Counted from the first letter of the stretch, positions 6,493 to 16,180 are shown. The stretch is 43,478 bases of DNA from Methanoculleus sp. (GCA_023230425.1 JALNXI010000001.1:1-43478); one strand, 5' to 3'. Notes: a model not told the origin generated them from the letters alone. Numbers and translations are program-made.

Positions 6493-9114
6493 ATGACCGA
6501 CGGACCGACCCCGGCAATGCGACAGTACTACTCAGCGAAGGCCCGGTACCCCGATGCCATCCTCTTCTTCAGGATGGGAGACTTCTACGAGACCTTCGGC
6601 GAGGACGCCGGCGTGGTGGCCCGGGAACTCGACATCACCCTGACGGCCCGGGGCAGGGATAAGAACGGCGACCGTATGCCGCTTGCGGGAGTCCCCCACC
6701 ATGCGGCTGACGCCTACATTGCCCGCCTGGTGAATAAAGGCTACAAGGTGGTGATCTGCGACCAGGTAGAGGACCCGAAGACCGCGAAAGGCGTGGTGAA
6801 GCGGGACGTCACGAGGGTGATCACCCCCGGGACGCTGATCGACTCATCGATGCTCGGCTCTCCAGGGGCCCAGTACCTGATGGCGGTCGCCCCCGCCCGG
6901 AAGGATACCTTCGGCCTCGCGTTCCTGGACGTCTCCACCGGCGAGTTCTTCGTATCCTCCGGGAGCGGCGGGGGCGACTACGCCGATATTATATCGGAGG
7001 TGGTCAGGCACCGGCCGTCGGAGGTGATCGTCCCGGAGAGCCTCGCCGAAGGACTACCCGGCCGGCTCAAAACCCTCGGGGTGACGGTGAGCCGCTACCG
7101 CGACGACGCCTTCGACCCCGATACAGCGTATACCCGCCTCTGCGAGCAGTTCGGGACGGCGACGCTCGACGGCTACGGGTGCGCCGATATGACGGGAGCG
7201 GTTACTGCCGCCGGGGCGGCGCTCCGCTACGCCCAGGAGACCCAGCAGTCGCCCCTCTCCCATATATCGGGGCTTGCAACGAGGATCCCGTCAGGGAACA
7301 TGGTGCTTGACGCGATCACCCTCCGGAACCTGGAGATCACGACGAGCATCCGGGGTGAAGGCGATGGGAGCACCCTTCTCTCCGCGCTCGATGCCACAAA
7401 GACATCGATGGGGAGCCGGACGATGCGATCGTTCCTGATCAGCCCGCTCATCGGGAAGAAGGCCATCGAGAAGAGGCTTGATTCGGTGGAGTGGCTCGTC
7501 GACCGCGCGCTCGATCGGCAGGAACTCCGGGGAGCCCTCGGCGATTTCGCCGACATCGAGCGGATAGCAGGGAGGATTGCCTACGGGAACGCCGGTCCCC
7601 GGGATCTGGCGACGCTCCGGGATTCGCTTGAGCGTATACCGGACGTAAAAGTGCTCTTCCCGGGCGACGCCCCGGCCCTGGTCCGCGAGGCCCTCGATGC
7701 GATGAGCGACCATGCCCGGGTCACGGACCTCGTCGGGCGGGCGATCGTGGACGACCCCCCGGCACGCGCGTTGGCCGGAGGGATGATCCGCGAGGGGTTC
7801 AACGGGAAACTCGACGAACTCCGGCACCTTGCGACATCCGGGAAAGACTGGATCGCGGAGTTCCAGCAGCAGGAACGGGAGAGAACCGGGATCAAGTCCC
7901 TTAAGATTGGGTACAACCGGGTCTTCGGCTACTACATCGAGGTGACGAGACCGAACCTGCACCTGGTGCCGCCGGAGTACGAGCGCCGGCAGACAACCGC
8001 GAACGGCGAGCGCTACACGATACCCGACCTCAAGGAGAAGGAGGCGATGATCGCCACCGCCGAAGAGCGCCTTGGGGCACTCGAGGCGGAGATCTACACC
8101 GAACTCGTTCGGACACTCTCGGCGGACGTCCCCGACCTGCAGGCGACCGCCCGGGCGGTTGGGCTGCTTGACGTCTACGCGGCCCTCGCCGAGGTCGCCG
8201 CCCGTTACGGCTACTCCCGCCCGGTGATCGAGGAGAGCGGCCGGATCATCATCAGGGACGGGCGTCACCCGGTGGTGGAGCGGCACCTCCCGGTGCCGTT
8301 CGTCCCGAACGACACGGACCTTGACGGCTCCGCCGACCAGATAACGATCATCACGGGAGCGAATATGGCGGGCAAGTCCACCTACATGCGGGCGGTGGCG
8401 CTCTGCTGCATCATGGCCCAGATGGGGAGTTTCGTCCCGGCCCGCCACGCTACCATCGGGATTGTGGATCGGGTCTTCACCCGGGTGGGGGCTTTTGACG
8501 ACCTTGCCTCAGGGCAGTCGACGTTCATGGTCGAGATGCTGGAACTCGCAAACATCTTAAACAACGCAACCCCGCAGAGCCTCGTGATCCTCGACGAGAT
8601 CGGGCGGGGCACGAGCACGCTCGACGGGTGCGCGATCGCCCGGGCGGTGGTGGAATTCCTGCACGGGAGAGCGGTTGCCGGGCCCCGGACCCTCTTTGCG
8701 ACCCACTTCCACGACCTGATAGACCTTGAAGGGGCACTCAAGCGAGTGAAGAACTTCCACTTCGCCGTGAAGGATACCGGGGACGATGTCGTCTTCCTCA
8801 GGAAGATCATCCCCGGCGCAACCGACAAGAGTTACGGCGTCCACGTGGCGCACCTTGCCGGCATACCGAAGAAGGTGACCGATCGGGCGATGGCGCTCCT
8901 GAAGGAGGCGGCGGCACGGGAGTACTCAGGCGGCCCGCGGGCCCCCCGCTACACCCAGATGCTCCTCGTCGACCCCGGCGAGGGAGTCGTGGAGGAGAAC
9001 CCGGCGGTCGAAGAACTCAGGAGCCTGAACCCGGATGAGATGACGCCGATTGATGCGTTAAACGCCCTCTGCCGGCTCCGGAAACTCGCAAACGGGGAGG
9101 GGGGAGAACGATGA
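6493..9114 (+). CDS. mutS: DNA mismatch repair protein MutS (MutS1)
   Basis: TPAMRQY, FRMGDFYE mismatch-binding motif, Walker A GANMAGKST, STFMVEM, DEIGRGT, FATHFH. Confidence 0.97.
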   Translation: MTDGPTPAMRQYYSAKARYPDAILFFRMGDFYETFGEDAGVVARELDITLTARGRDKNGDRMPLAGVPHHAADAYIARLVNKGYKVVICDQVEDPKTAKGVVKRDVTRVITPGTLIDSSMLGSPGAQYLMAVAPARKDTFGLAFLDVSTGEFFVSSGSGGGDYADIISEVVRHRPSEVIVPESLAEGLPGRLKTLGVTVSRYRDDAFDPDTAYTRLCEQFGTATLDGYGCADMTGAVTAAGAALRYAQETQQSPLSHISGLATRIPSGNMVLDAITLRNLEITTSIRGEGDGSTLLSALDATKTSMGSRTMRSFLISPLIGKKAIEKRLDSVEWLVDRALDRQELRGALGDFADIERIAGRIAYGNAGPRDLATLRDSLERIPDVKVLFPGDAPALVREALDAMSDHARVTDLVGRAIVDDPPARALAGGMIREGFNGKLDELRHLATSGKDWIAEFQQQERERTGIKSLKIGYNRVFGYYIEVTRPNLHLVPPEYERRQTTANGERYTIPDLKEKEAMIATAEERLGALEAEIYTELVRTLSADVPDLQATARAVGLLDVYAALAEVAARYGYSRPVIEESGRIIIRDGRHPVVERHLPVPFVPNDTDLDGSADQITIITGANMAGKSTYMRAVALCCIMAQMGSFVPARHATIGIVDRVFTRVGAFDDLASGQSTFMVEMLELANILNNATPQSLVILDEIGRGTSTLDGCAIARAVVEFLHGRAVAGPRTLFATHFHDLIDLEGALKRVKNFHFAVKDTGDDVVFLRKIIPGATDKSYGVHVAHLAGIPKKVTDRAMALLKEAAAREYSGGPRAPRYTQMLLVDPGEGVVEENPAVEELRSLNPDEMTPIDALNALCRLRKLANGEGGER

Positions 9115-10865
9115 CGGAGATACGGGTCCTCGACCCCGACACGGTCAACCAGATCGCCGCAGGCGAGGTCGTGGAGCGGCCGGCATCGGTGGTGAAGGAA
9201 CTCCTGGAGAACGCCGTCGACGCAGGCTCGACGAGCATCCTCATCGACGTCTCCTCAGACCTTGCCGGGATCACGAAGATCCGGGTGACCGATGACGGTG
9301 CGGGCATGACGCCGGAGGAGGCGGCGCTCGCGTTCCACCCTCATGCAACGAGCAAGATCCGGGATATCGCCGACCTCTCCTCCATCCGCACCCTGGGGTT
9401 CCGGGGAGAGGCGCTTGCAAGCATCGCCGCCGTCGCGGAGGTGACCCTGGTCACCCGGCCACAGGAAGCCGGGGCGCTCGCCGGCACCCGGTTGAGGGTC
9501 AGGGGCGGCGAGGTCGTGGAGAAGGGCGATGTCGGGGCACCGGAGGGGACGACGGTCATCGTGGAGCACCTCTTCTACAACACCCCCGCCCGCCGGAAGT
9601 TCTTAAAGAGCAGGAACACCGAGCTCGCCCACCTCTACGGGGTTGTGGAGAACCTGGCCCTCGCGCACGGCGAGGTCGCCTTCCGGGTGGTGCACAACGG
9701 GAAGGAGCGGATGGCGACCCAGCGGTCGGGAGGGCTCAAAAACGCCGTCGCCGGACTCTACGGTGCGGACCTTGCCCGGTCGCTCGTCCCCGTCGAGGGA
9801 AGGCTCTCCTTCCTCCGCATCAGCGGCTACGTCTCCCGCCCGTCGGAGAGCAGGGGAAACCCGTCACAGGTGGTCATCAGCATCAATGGAAGAAGCATCA
9901 CCTCCCGGCAGGTCACAGCCGCCGTCCGGGAAGGCTACGGCACCCTCCTCCCAAAAGACCGCTACCCGGTGGCATTCATCGACCTCTCGATCGACACCGA
10001 CCTCGTGGACGTCAACGTCCACCCGACGAAAAGGGAGGTCCGCCTCTCCCGGGAGCGGGAGATCCTCCCGGCGATTGCGGCCGCTGTCTCGGAGGCGCTC
10101 GCCGGGCACGACCTTGCCCGTGAACCGGCACCGGAGCCGGTGCAGCAGCAGATTGTCCCCCCTGGACCGGAACCGGGAGAGGTTCCGGTGGTCGGCGAAC
10201 TCGAAGCGCCCTACGCGGCGGGGCACCGGGGACTCGCCCTCTCCGACCGGCAGCTGCGCAGGACGGAGGCAGAGGGCACGGAGAATCTCCTCCCGGCGAT
10301 GGAGCCCTTCGGGCAGGTGGCGGCGACCTACATCGTGGCAGAGGGAGCCGACGGCACCCTCTACCTCGTCGACCAGCACGCGGCCCACGAGCGGGTCCTC
10401 TACGATCAGGTCGTGGAGCAGCGCGATGCGGAAGCGGGGTCCCAGGAACTGATCATGCCCGTCGTCCTCTCGTTCCCCCCGAAGGAATCAGCCGCGCTCC
10501 GCGACGCCATCCCGCTCCTCGCAGGCGAGGGGTTCGTGGTGGAGGAGTTCGGCCGGGACACCTTCGCCGTCCGGGCGGTGCCCGTCGCCCTCGGTGCACT
10601 CGAGGACCTTGAGAAGGTCAGGGAGACGATCGCCGACCTCCTCGCCGATGAGTCCCGCACCACCCCCGACCGCCGGGAGGCGGTCACCTGCATCGTCGCC
10701 TGCAGGGGCGCGGTGAAGGCCGGCGCCCTTCTCACGCACGACCAGCAGAAACGACTCCTCGCACAGCTCGCCCGGACGAAGACCCCCTGGACATGCCCGC
10801 ACGGGAGGCCGACGGTGGTGGCGTTCGATAAGCGGAAACTCGACGGTATATTCCGGCGCGGGTAA
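9111..10865 (+). CDS. mutL: DNA mismatch repair endonuclease MutL
   Basis: IAAGEVVERPASVVKELLENAVDA, GFRGEAL, DVNVHPTK, DQHAAHER, ACR, CPHGRP; 4-nt overlap with mutS. Confidence 0.97.
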   Translation: MTEIRVLDPDTVNQIAAGEVVERPASVVKELLENAVDAGSTSILIDVSSDLAGITKIRVTDDGAGMTPEEAALAFHPHATSKIRDIADLSSIRTLGFRGEALASIAAVAEVTLVTRPQEAGALAGTRLRVRGGEVVEKGDVGAPEGTTVIVEHLFYNTPARRKFLKSRNTELAHLYGVVENLALAHGEVAFRVVHNGKERMATQRSGGLKNAVAGLYGADLARSLVPVEGRLSFLRISGYVSRPSESRGNPSQVVISINGRSITSRQVTAAVREGYGTLLPKDRYPVAFIDLSIDTDLVDVNVHPTKREVRLSREREILPAIAAAVSEALAGHDLAREPAPEPVQQQIVPPGPEPGEVPVVGELEAPYAAGHRGLALSDRQLRRTEAEGTENLLPAMEPFGQVAATYIVAEGADGTLYLVDQHAAHERVLYDQVVEQRDAEAGSQELIMPVVLSFPPKESAALRDAIPLLAGEGFVVEEFGRDTFAVRAVPVALGALEDLEKVRETIADLLADESRTTPDRREAVTCIVACRGAVKAGALLTHDQQKRLLAQLARTKTPWTCPHGRPTVVAFDKRKLDGIFRRG

Positions 10866-10997
10866 GGGCACCGGCCGGCCGGTATAGACCCCGGCATAAA
10901 TATCGCATATAATCGATTATTTTTGCAATCCTCTCGAATTTTCAGGCGTTCGTGGCCAAATCCCGTATCATAATGGATTTATTCTCCGGGGATCAGA

Positions 10998-11216
10998 ATG
11001 GCTATACGTCACAGAGGGACTCACCCGCTGCAGATGACAGGACTGAACCATGTGACACTACTCCAGCAGATCCGCCTCTGGATGAAGACCCGGAGTGGAG
11101 GGAAGCAGTTTCACGACAGTGAGAACGACTCAGTCATCGAACTGTACTTCGATATCTCCCCTGAAGCGACCCTCCCTCCGGATACCCCGGAGATCCCGCT
11201 GGAGAAGAGCAGGTGA
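10998..11216 (+). CDS. Hypothetical small protein
   Basis: 72-aa ORF following an AT-rich promoter-like region; no recognisable motif. Confidence 0.35.
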   Translation: MAIRHRGTHPLQMTGLNHVTLLQQIRLWMKTRSGGKQFHDSENDSVIELYFDISPEATLPPDTPEIPLEKSR

Positions 11217-11427
11217 CGGGGAACCCCCAGAAACGCCCTACCGAATGAATCGCCTCTCGATTCCAGACCACACACCACCCCACCACCTATTTTTGAGAAC
11301 GCTCTTCCTCCCGGCCCGAGCGGGGGTTTCATCCCCGGTGCCCCCCGTGACTATCATGGAGATTATGGGTGTCCGGGAGGATTGCACAGAGAAGAGGCGA
11401 CGCTCCTCCCCGGGAAGAGAAATATTG

Positions 11428-11655
11428 ATGGACGACGACTGCCGCCGGGACGGAGGGTGGTCCGGCTGTGAGATGCACGACCTCGGGGACGGGGACTACG
11501 GGAAGTGCGACTACACAGGCAGGCAGCAGGAGTGCCCGCACTCCTTGATCCTGAAGCGCTGTGGAGAGAGAGGAGGGTTGCGGCGCGGCCGGAAAAAAGC
11601 GGGTGGTCAGATGAACCGAAATGATTCCGCTACCGGAGCCGCATCGGCGTTGTAA
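11428..11655 (+). CDS. Possible small Cys-rich protein
   Basis: ATG 11428 gives MDDDCRRDGGWSGCEMHDLGDGDYGKCDYTGRQQECPHSLILKRC...; 3' end overlaps the convergent gene by 49 nt. Confidence 0.3.
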   Translation: MDDDCRRDGGWSGCEMHDLGDGDYGKCDYTGRQQECPHSLILKRCGERGGLRRGRKKAGGQMNRNDSATGAASAL

Positions 11656-12212
11656 ACATCGTACTCCGCGGGGAAAACCGTGTGCATGACCGAGTAGACG
11701 GTGTCGCCCCTGGCGGCGTAGCGGATGACGAAGGTGTACCGGTCGTCCTCGACGATAGGGACGGAGAAGACAGACTCGTACGCCGGAATACCGTCAAGGT
11801 GGGTTCTATCTGTCGAGACCCATTCGGCCCCGATACCGGCCTTGAGGTCCTTCGCGTAGGACGCATTCAGTTCTTCAAGGATCTCCTCGTCAGTGGTGTT
11901 CTCGTCCGGGAGCGGGATCGTGTTGACGCGGACCTCCTCATGCTTCACCGGTGAGGAGAACCATACGCTCTCCCCGGACTCGGTGAAGAACCAGCCCTCC
12001 GGGCAGGTGACGGCATAGCCGTAGGTGGTGTTGATGTAGGTGCCGTTCCCGGGAACGGGCGCCGGAGTCGGTGTCGGGATCGGAGCGGGTTCGCCCGCTT
12101 CCGGGTCGGATGGGGGCGGCTGCGGTGAGGAGAGAGACGGCAGCAGAACCACCAGGACCGCGGCGAGAGCGACCACAAGAACCCCGATGATCAGCATTCT
12201 CTGCGGTTTCAT
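11607..12212 (-). CDS. Membrane-anchored PsbP/Mog1-like protein
   Basis: N-terminal TM helix, Pro-rich linker, then Y.NTTYGYAVTCPEGW ... LDGIPAY ... ESFRF, a PsbP-like pattern. Confidence 0.7.
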   Translation of the reverse strand: MKPQRMLIIGVLVVALAAVLVVLLPSLSSPQPPPSDPEAGEPAPIPTPTPAPVPGNGTYINTTYGYAVTCPEGWFFTESGESVWFSSPVKHEEVRVNTIPLPDENTTDEEILEELNASYAKDLKAGIGAEWVSTDRTHLDGIPAYESVFSVPIVEDDRYTFVIRYAARGDTVYSVMHTVFPAEYDVYNADAAPVAESFRFI

Positions 12213-12344
12213 AGTATCCAGATACGTGGCCCGGGAGGCAATAAATACCCTTCACCTCAACGAGCCAGACAAGCCGTTTCGGCCAGGTGGATGGTATATC
12301 GCCCGGAATACCGCCCCGGTTGTCGCGCCGGGACACCCGGGAGG

Positions 12345-13208
12345 TCAGAGGGCTGTGGTGACCGGGGTCGCCACGGGAGCACGGACGTCGGCGAGCAGAT
12401 CGTCCAGGGTATCCGCGTACTCCACCCGGATACCGAAAATCTCCTCGATATAGTTCTTCGTGTCCACGACGACCGGCCGCTGCCGGGCTATCCGGAGCCC
12501 GCCGAACGATCGGGCCTCCTCCTGGTAGCTGATAACCTTGTTGTTCTCCGCCGGGAGGATCAGGAGCATCTTCCCACTCGCCGCAGCGGCCTCAGCCTTC
12601 TCGAGGATACCCCCGACCGGGCCGATGCTTCCGTCTTCATTGATGGTTCCGGTCACGGTCACGCTCTCGTTGAGTGGGAAGCCTTCCAGCACCGAGAGGA
12701 GCAGCGTGGTCATCAGCGCTCCCGCACTGGGGCCATCGATCTCGGAGACCTCGTCCGGGCCCTGGATGCTGAATATGATGTCGCTCTCCGCGAGGTCGAC
12801 GCGGGAGTGGTTGGCGGCGAGGGTGACCGCAAGGTTCGCGGCATCCTGGAAGACTATCCCCATCAGGGGTGTCGTCTGGACGAGCACCCTTCCTCTCCCG
12901 GGCACGACCTCGACCGAGACGTTCACCATTGCCCCCTCTTCAGTCACCCTGTTAGCGGCAAAGGGGCCGCCCCGGTCGACCTCGACCTTCTGGAGGATAA
13001 CCGGCACCTGCATGGAGGCCGCATCCCCGGCCCCCGCTTCCCTCACCCGGGGGGCCGGGGTCGTGACCGGCCTCGCATCCTCACCCGGGGGAAGAGAGAG
13101 AGCCCGGGCGGGGTCGTCCCCCGGGACAAGGACGACAGCCAGGAGGAAGACGTTCATGATGAACGAGAGAATGAACAGAATCGCCAGGGTCTTCTCCTGT
13201 ATGCGCAT
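12345..13208 (-). CDS. S16 (Lon-type) serine protease domain protein, membrane-anchored, lacking an AAA+ domain
   Basis: DGPSAG catalytic Ser, TGTINEDGSIGPVGGILEK catalytic Lys region; N-terminal TM helix. Confidence 0.88.
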   Translation of the reverse strand: MRIQEKTLAILFILSFIMNVFLLAVVLVPGDDPARALSLPPGEDARPVTTPAPRVREAGAGDAASMQVPVILQKVEVDRGGPFAANRVTEEGAMVNVSVEVVPGRGRVLVQTTPLMGIVFQDAANLAVTLAANHSRVDLAESDIIFSIQGPDEVSEIDGPSAGALMTTLLLSVLEGFPLNESVTVTGTINEDGSIGPVGGILEKAEAAAASGKMLLILPAENNKVISYQEEARSFGGLRIARQRPVVVDTKNYIEEIFGIRVEYADTLDDLLADVRAPVATPVTTAL

Positions 13209-13340
13209 ACGCTTGCTCGCATACCATTCAGTCAGATATATACCTTTCCGAAGGGTGTACCGAGGCGGGTCTCCTCCCCCGGCAGGACCAGGGGCTCCTT
13301 ATGGAGTCTGTTGAAAAGAGGTTGTGAGAAATTCTCTGGA

Positions 13341-14717
13341 TTAATTTTCCCCGCCGAGATCCAGTTTCTTTGTCTTCCAGGTTCCCTGCCTGTAGAAGAA
13401 CAGATCACACAGGAACACCACCACGGTGCCGCAGACCACCGCGAACCAGATGGACTGCAGCGGCAGGTCCATCGCCACAAAGATCGCAGCAAGACCCACC
13501 TGCACGATCAACTGTCCCGCGATCGCCGCGTACATGCCGGGTCTCGTCATCCCCGCACCGTTCATCGCAAATCCCATCGTCATCGCCATAGCTATCACGA
13601 AATACGACAATGGGATGATCTGCATAAACAGGATGCCGTGTGCAAGCGACTCGCCTGTCGCGCCGAAGAACGCCAGGAGATACTTCGCAAACAGCAGATA
13701 CAGGATACCCACAACCGCCATAAACGACGCATTCACGATCATCGCAATCCTGACCGCTCTCTCCGCTCTCTCCACTTTTCCCGCTCCCAGATTCTGCCCG
13801 ACCATCACCGCGACTCCCGTGCAGAGCCCCATCACGAAGACCAGGCCCAGCATATCCAGACGCTGGCAGATGCCGTATGCTGCCACCGCTGTCGTGCCGT
13901 ACAGTGCTACGATCGCTGTCATCCCCAGGAACGCAAAACTCCTGACCCCGCTCTGTACCGCCGATGGTATCGTGACCTTCACGATATCTTTTATCAGCCG
14001 CGGTTCAAACGTCCATTTCTTCGGGAACCTGACCGGTCCGTTCTTTCTGGACGGCAGGAGATACATCACCCCGATCAGAAGCAGCACGCCGGTCGTACGC
14101 GATGTAAGGGACGCATACGCAGATCCGGCTATTCCGAATACCGGGAAACCGCCAAGACCCATGATCAGTGTCGGGTTCAGAATAATGTTCACAATGTTCA
14201 CTGCGACCATCACAAACATCGGTGTTCTGGAATCTCCAGTACTCTGGAACACGGTCGTCAGGATCATCAGCGTGACAAACACGAACATTCCTATCAGCAT
14301 CGGGGAAAGGAAGCGTGCCCCCTCCGCTGCAACCTCGGGATCAGCTCCAAGGATCAGGAGAAGGTCCTGTGACCAGAACATACCGATGACCGCAAGGACC
14401 ACCGAGAAGGCGAGTGCCAGATAAAGCGAATGCGAAAGGATCACCGGGATGCGCTCAAACCGCTCTGACCCGTACGCACGCGACACGAATGCGGCAGTTG
14501 CCGTCACGGTCCCGAAGATCACTGTTGTGAGCACCAGTATGATGGATATGCTCATCGCTCCGCCGGCAATCGAAACGTCGCCAAGTTTGCCGATAAAATA
14601 CATATCCACCACCTCCAGGATGCTCGCGAGGAGATTACTGATGATGATCGGAAGAGCCACTATCAAAAGGCCTTTTCCGACCGGTCCCTCGGTGAGGAAA
14701 TTATTGGAATATTGCAT
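13341..14717 (-). CDS. MATE-family efflux transporter
   Basis: About 12 TM segments; LTEGPV, GDSRTPM, NIILNP, GIAGSAYAS, VGQNLGAG motifs; ATG at 14717 (TTG 14723 is an alternative). Confidence 0.92.
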   Translation of the reverse strand: MQYSNNFLTEGPVGKGLLIVALPIIISNLLASILEVVDMYFIGKLGDVSIAGGAMSISIILVLTTVIFGTVTATAAFVSRAYGSERFERIPVILSHSLYLALAFSVVLAVIGMFWSQDLLLILGADPEVAAEGARFLSPMLIGMFVFVTLMILTTVFQSTGDSRTPMFVMVAVNIVNIILNPTLIMGLGGFPVFGIAGSAYASLTSRTTGVLLLIGVMYLLPSRKNGPVRFPKKWTFEPRLIKDIVKVTIPSAVQSGVRSFAFLGMTAIVALYGTTAVAAYGICQRLDMLGLVFVMGLCTGVAVMVGQNLGAGKVERAERAVRIAMIVNASFMAVVGILYLLFAKYLLAFFGATGESLAHGILFMQIIPLSYFVIAMAMTMGFAMNGAGMTRPGMYAAIAGQLIVQVGLAAIFVAMDLPLQSIWFAVVCGTVVVFLCDLFFYRQGTWKTKKLDLGGEN

Positions 14718-15195
14718 CGTCAAGGTATCACATATAAAATGAAGTGAAAGATGATAAAGCTTAATCGGTTATTTTTACTGTAATTTTCCCGTAGATCCAC
14801 AAAGTAAGACCGACCCGGCGTTCAAACTGATTATTGGAAACACTCGGGTCTACGGAGGAAAATGGGGAGTGGTTGTATCTGAGGTTGTCCCTCCCCCGCG
14901 TGGCGCTACCCGGTGGAGAGCTGCTTCAACATCCCGGCCTCTGTTACGGCCGAGATAAGTGCTCCGAGCAGGGTCTACCGGAGGTTCGCAGACCCTTTTG
15001 GGGACAACCTCTTGCACTTGTGCCGTCACGGCACTGGATCGGCACCTGACCACCCCAATCCAGGGAAGCCTCACGCAATCCGACCCGTTCCAGGCCCTGG
15101 GGAATTGGTGCGGGTACCCAGAAAGGGATCATGCAGGTTTTTCCCTTGCATTCAAATAGGTTCATCCACTAACGGTAATCAGGAAGGTTGTTTTC

Positions 15196-15678
15196 CTGTC
15201 ATTTGAATGTAGCCAGTGCGGCGAATGCTGCAGTCATCTGGGTCTGGTCCATAAAATCCATACAGATTATGGGAATTACCGCTTCCTGCTCCGCAACCAG
15301 TACACAGGTGAAAAGACAGAGGTGTCGGTTGATCCGGATAAGATCTCCCTATTTGCCGATACGAGCATCTTCTCCGAGCGACCGGAGGCGTGCCCGTTTT
15401 TCCGGTACGATGCGCCGGCTGCGAAAGGATACTGCACCGTCCACCTGACGCGTCCTGAGATCTGCCGGGACTATGGCTGCTGGCACCTGCTCATCCTTGA
15501 TGATTCGGGAAAAAGAGCCGGAAGGATCATGGGTCGGCGTCACCTGGCTTCGGAAGATGCTGCGCTGACCCGGCTCTTTGAAGAAGAGATCAACCACCTG
15601 GTCGAACCCGACGATGCTGCATGGGACCGGCAGGTGATTGAGGTACTGGTCAGGGCCGGCTACACGGTGCGGACCTGA
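15196..15678 (+). CDS. YkgJ/FliB-type cysteine cluster (CxxCxxCC) protein
   Basis: The frame of ORF 15322-15678 extends upstream to SFECSQCGECCSH; C-terminal CPF...CTVHLTRPEICRDY; the only plausible start upstream of the motif is CTG at 15196. Confidence 0.8.
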   Translation: MSFECSQCGECCSHLGLVHKIHTDYGNYRFLLRNQYTGEKTEVSVDPDKISLFADTSIFSERPEACPFFRYDAPAAKGYCTVHLTRPEICRDYGCWHLLILDDSGKRAGRIMGRRHLASEDAALTRLFEEEINHLVEPDDAAWDRQVIEVLVRAGYTVRT

Positions 15679-15825
15679 CCGGGCGATCACGGATTTCACC
15701 CGGGGATATCACTACTGCTCTTTGTCATCTAACTCTATGAATACCGTGTCGCAGCCTTCCGCATGAGCCCATGTTCAGTCTGCCGAAGATGCGAAATTTC
15801 GGCGCTGTTGAAACCCTGTTTTGGT

Positions 15826-15997
15826 CCTCATCCCTCCCCCAATGAGGGGGCGCCTGCCCCGGATCGTCCCTGGGCTCATCCCGGGGACTGGACCGGGGGG
15901 CGATACGCTCCGTCCCCCCACCCCGCCCGGCCTCCGACCTCCTCCCCGCCCCCCGGGGGGCGGGGGCAGTCATGGCGATACCAGGTGGAAAGCCGTG
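15826..15997 (+). repeat. GC-rich palindromic intergenic element, copy A (REP/MITE-like)
   Basis: Core 15916-15997 closely matches 37485-37566; contains the perfect palindrome CCCCGCCCCCCGGGGGGCGGGG (15944-15965). Confidence 0.8.
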
Positions 15998-16180
15998 TCC
16001 CCCGGATTGCACCCAGGGGGGAATTCAACAAAGCCGAAACTTCCCAGTTTCCTGCACTCCCCCTTCGTGTGAGGCCATAATTGTCCGTTCCTGCACACGA
16101 CAAAACCTCCAAAATAAGATGACACGGTCCACTACAATGAGAGACCCGAACTCTCCCGATTTCAGGTCTCCGAAGGAGAA

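Noticed and set aside
13302-13320. GAGTCTGTTGAAAAG resembling an IS terminal inverted repeat
   Set aside because: No matching inverted partner or transposase remnant found in the window
12291-14372. 693-aa plus-strand ORF (also 4895-6496, 7291-8448, 19138-20070, 31764-33140)
   Set aside because: Antisense shadows of real genes, expected from high-GC codon bias; no recognisable motifs
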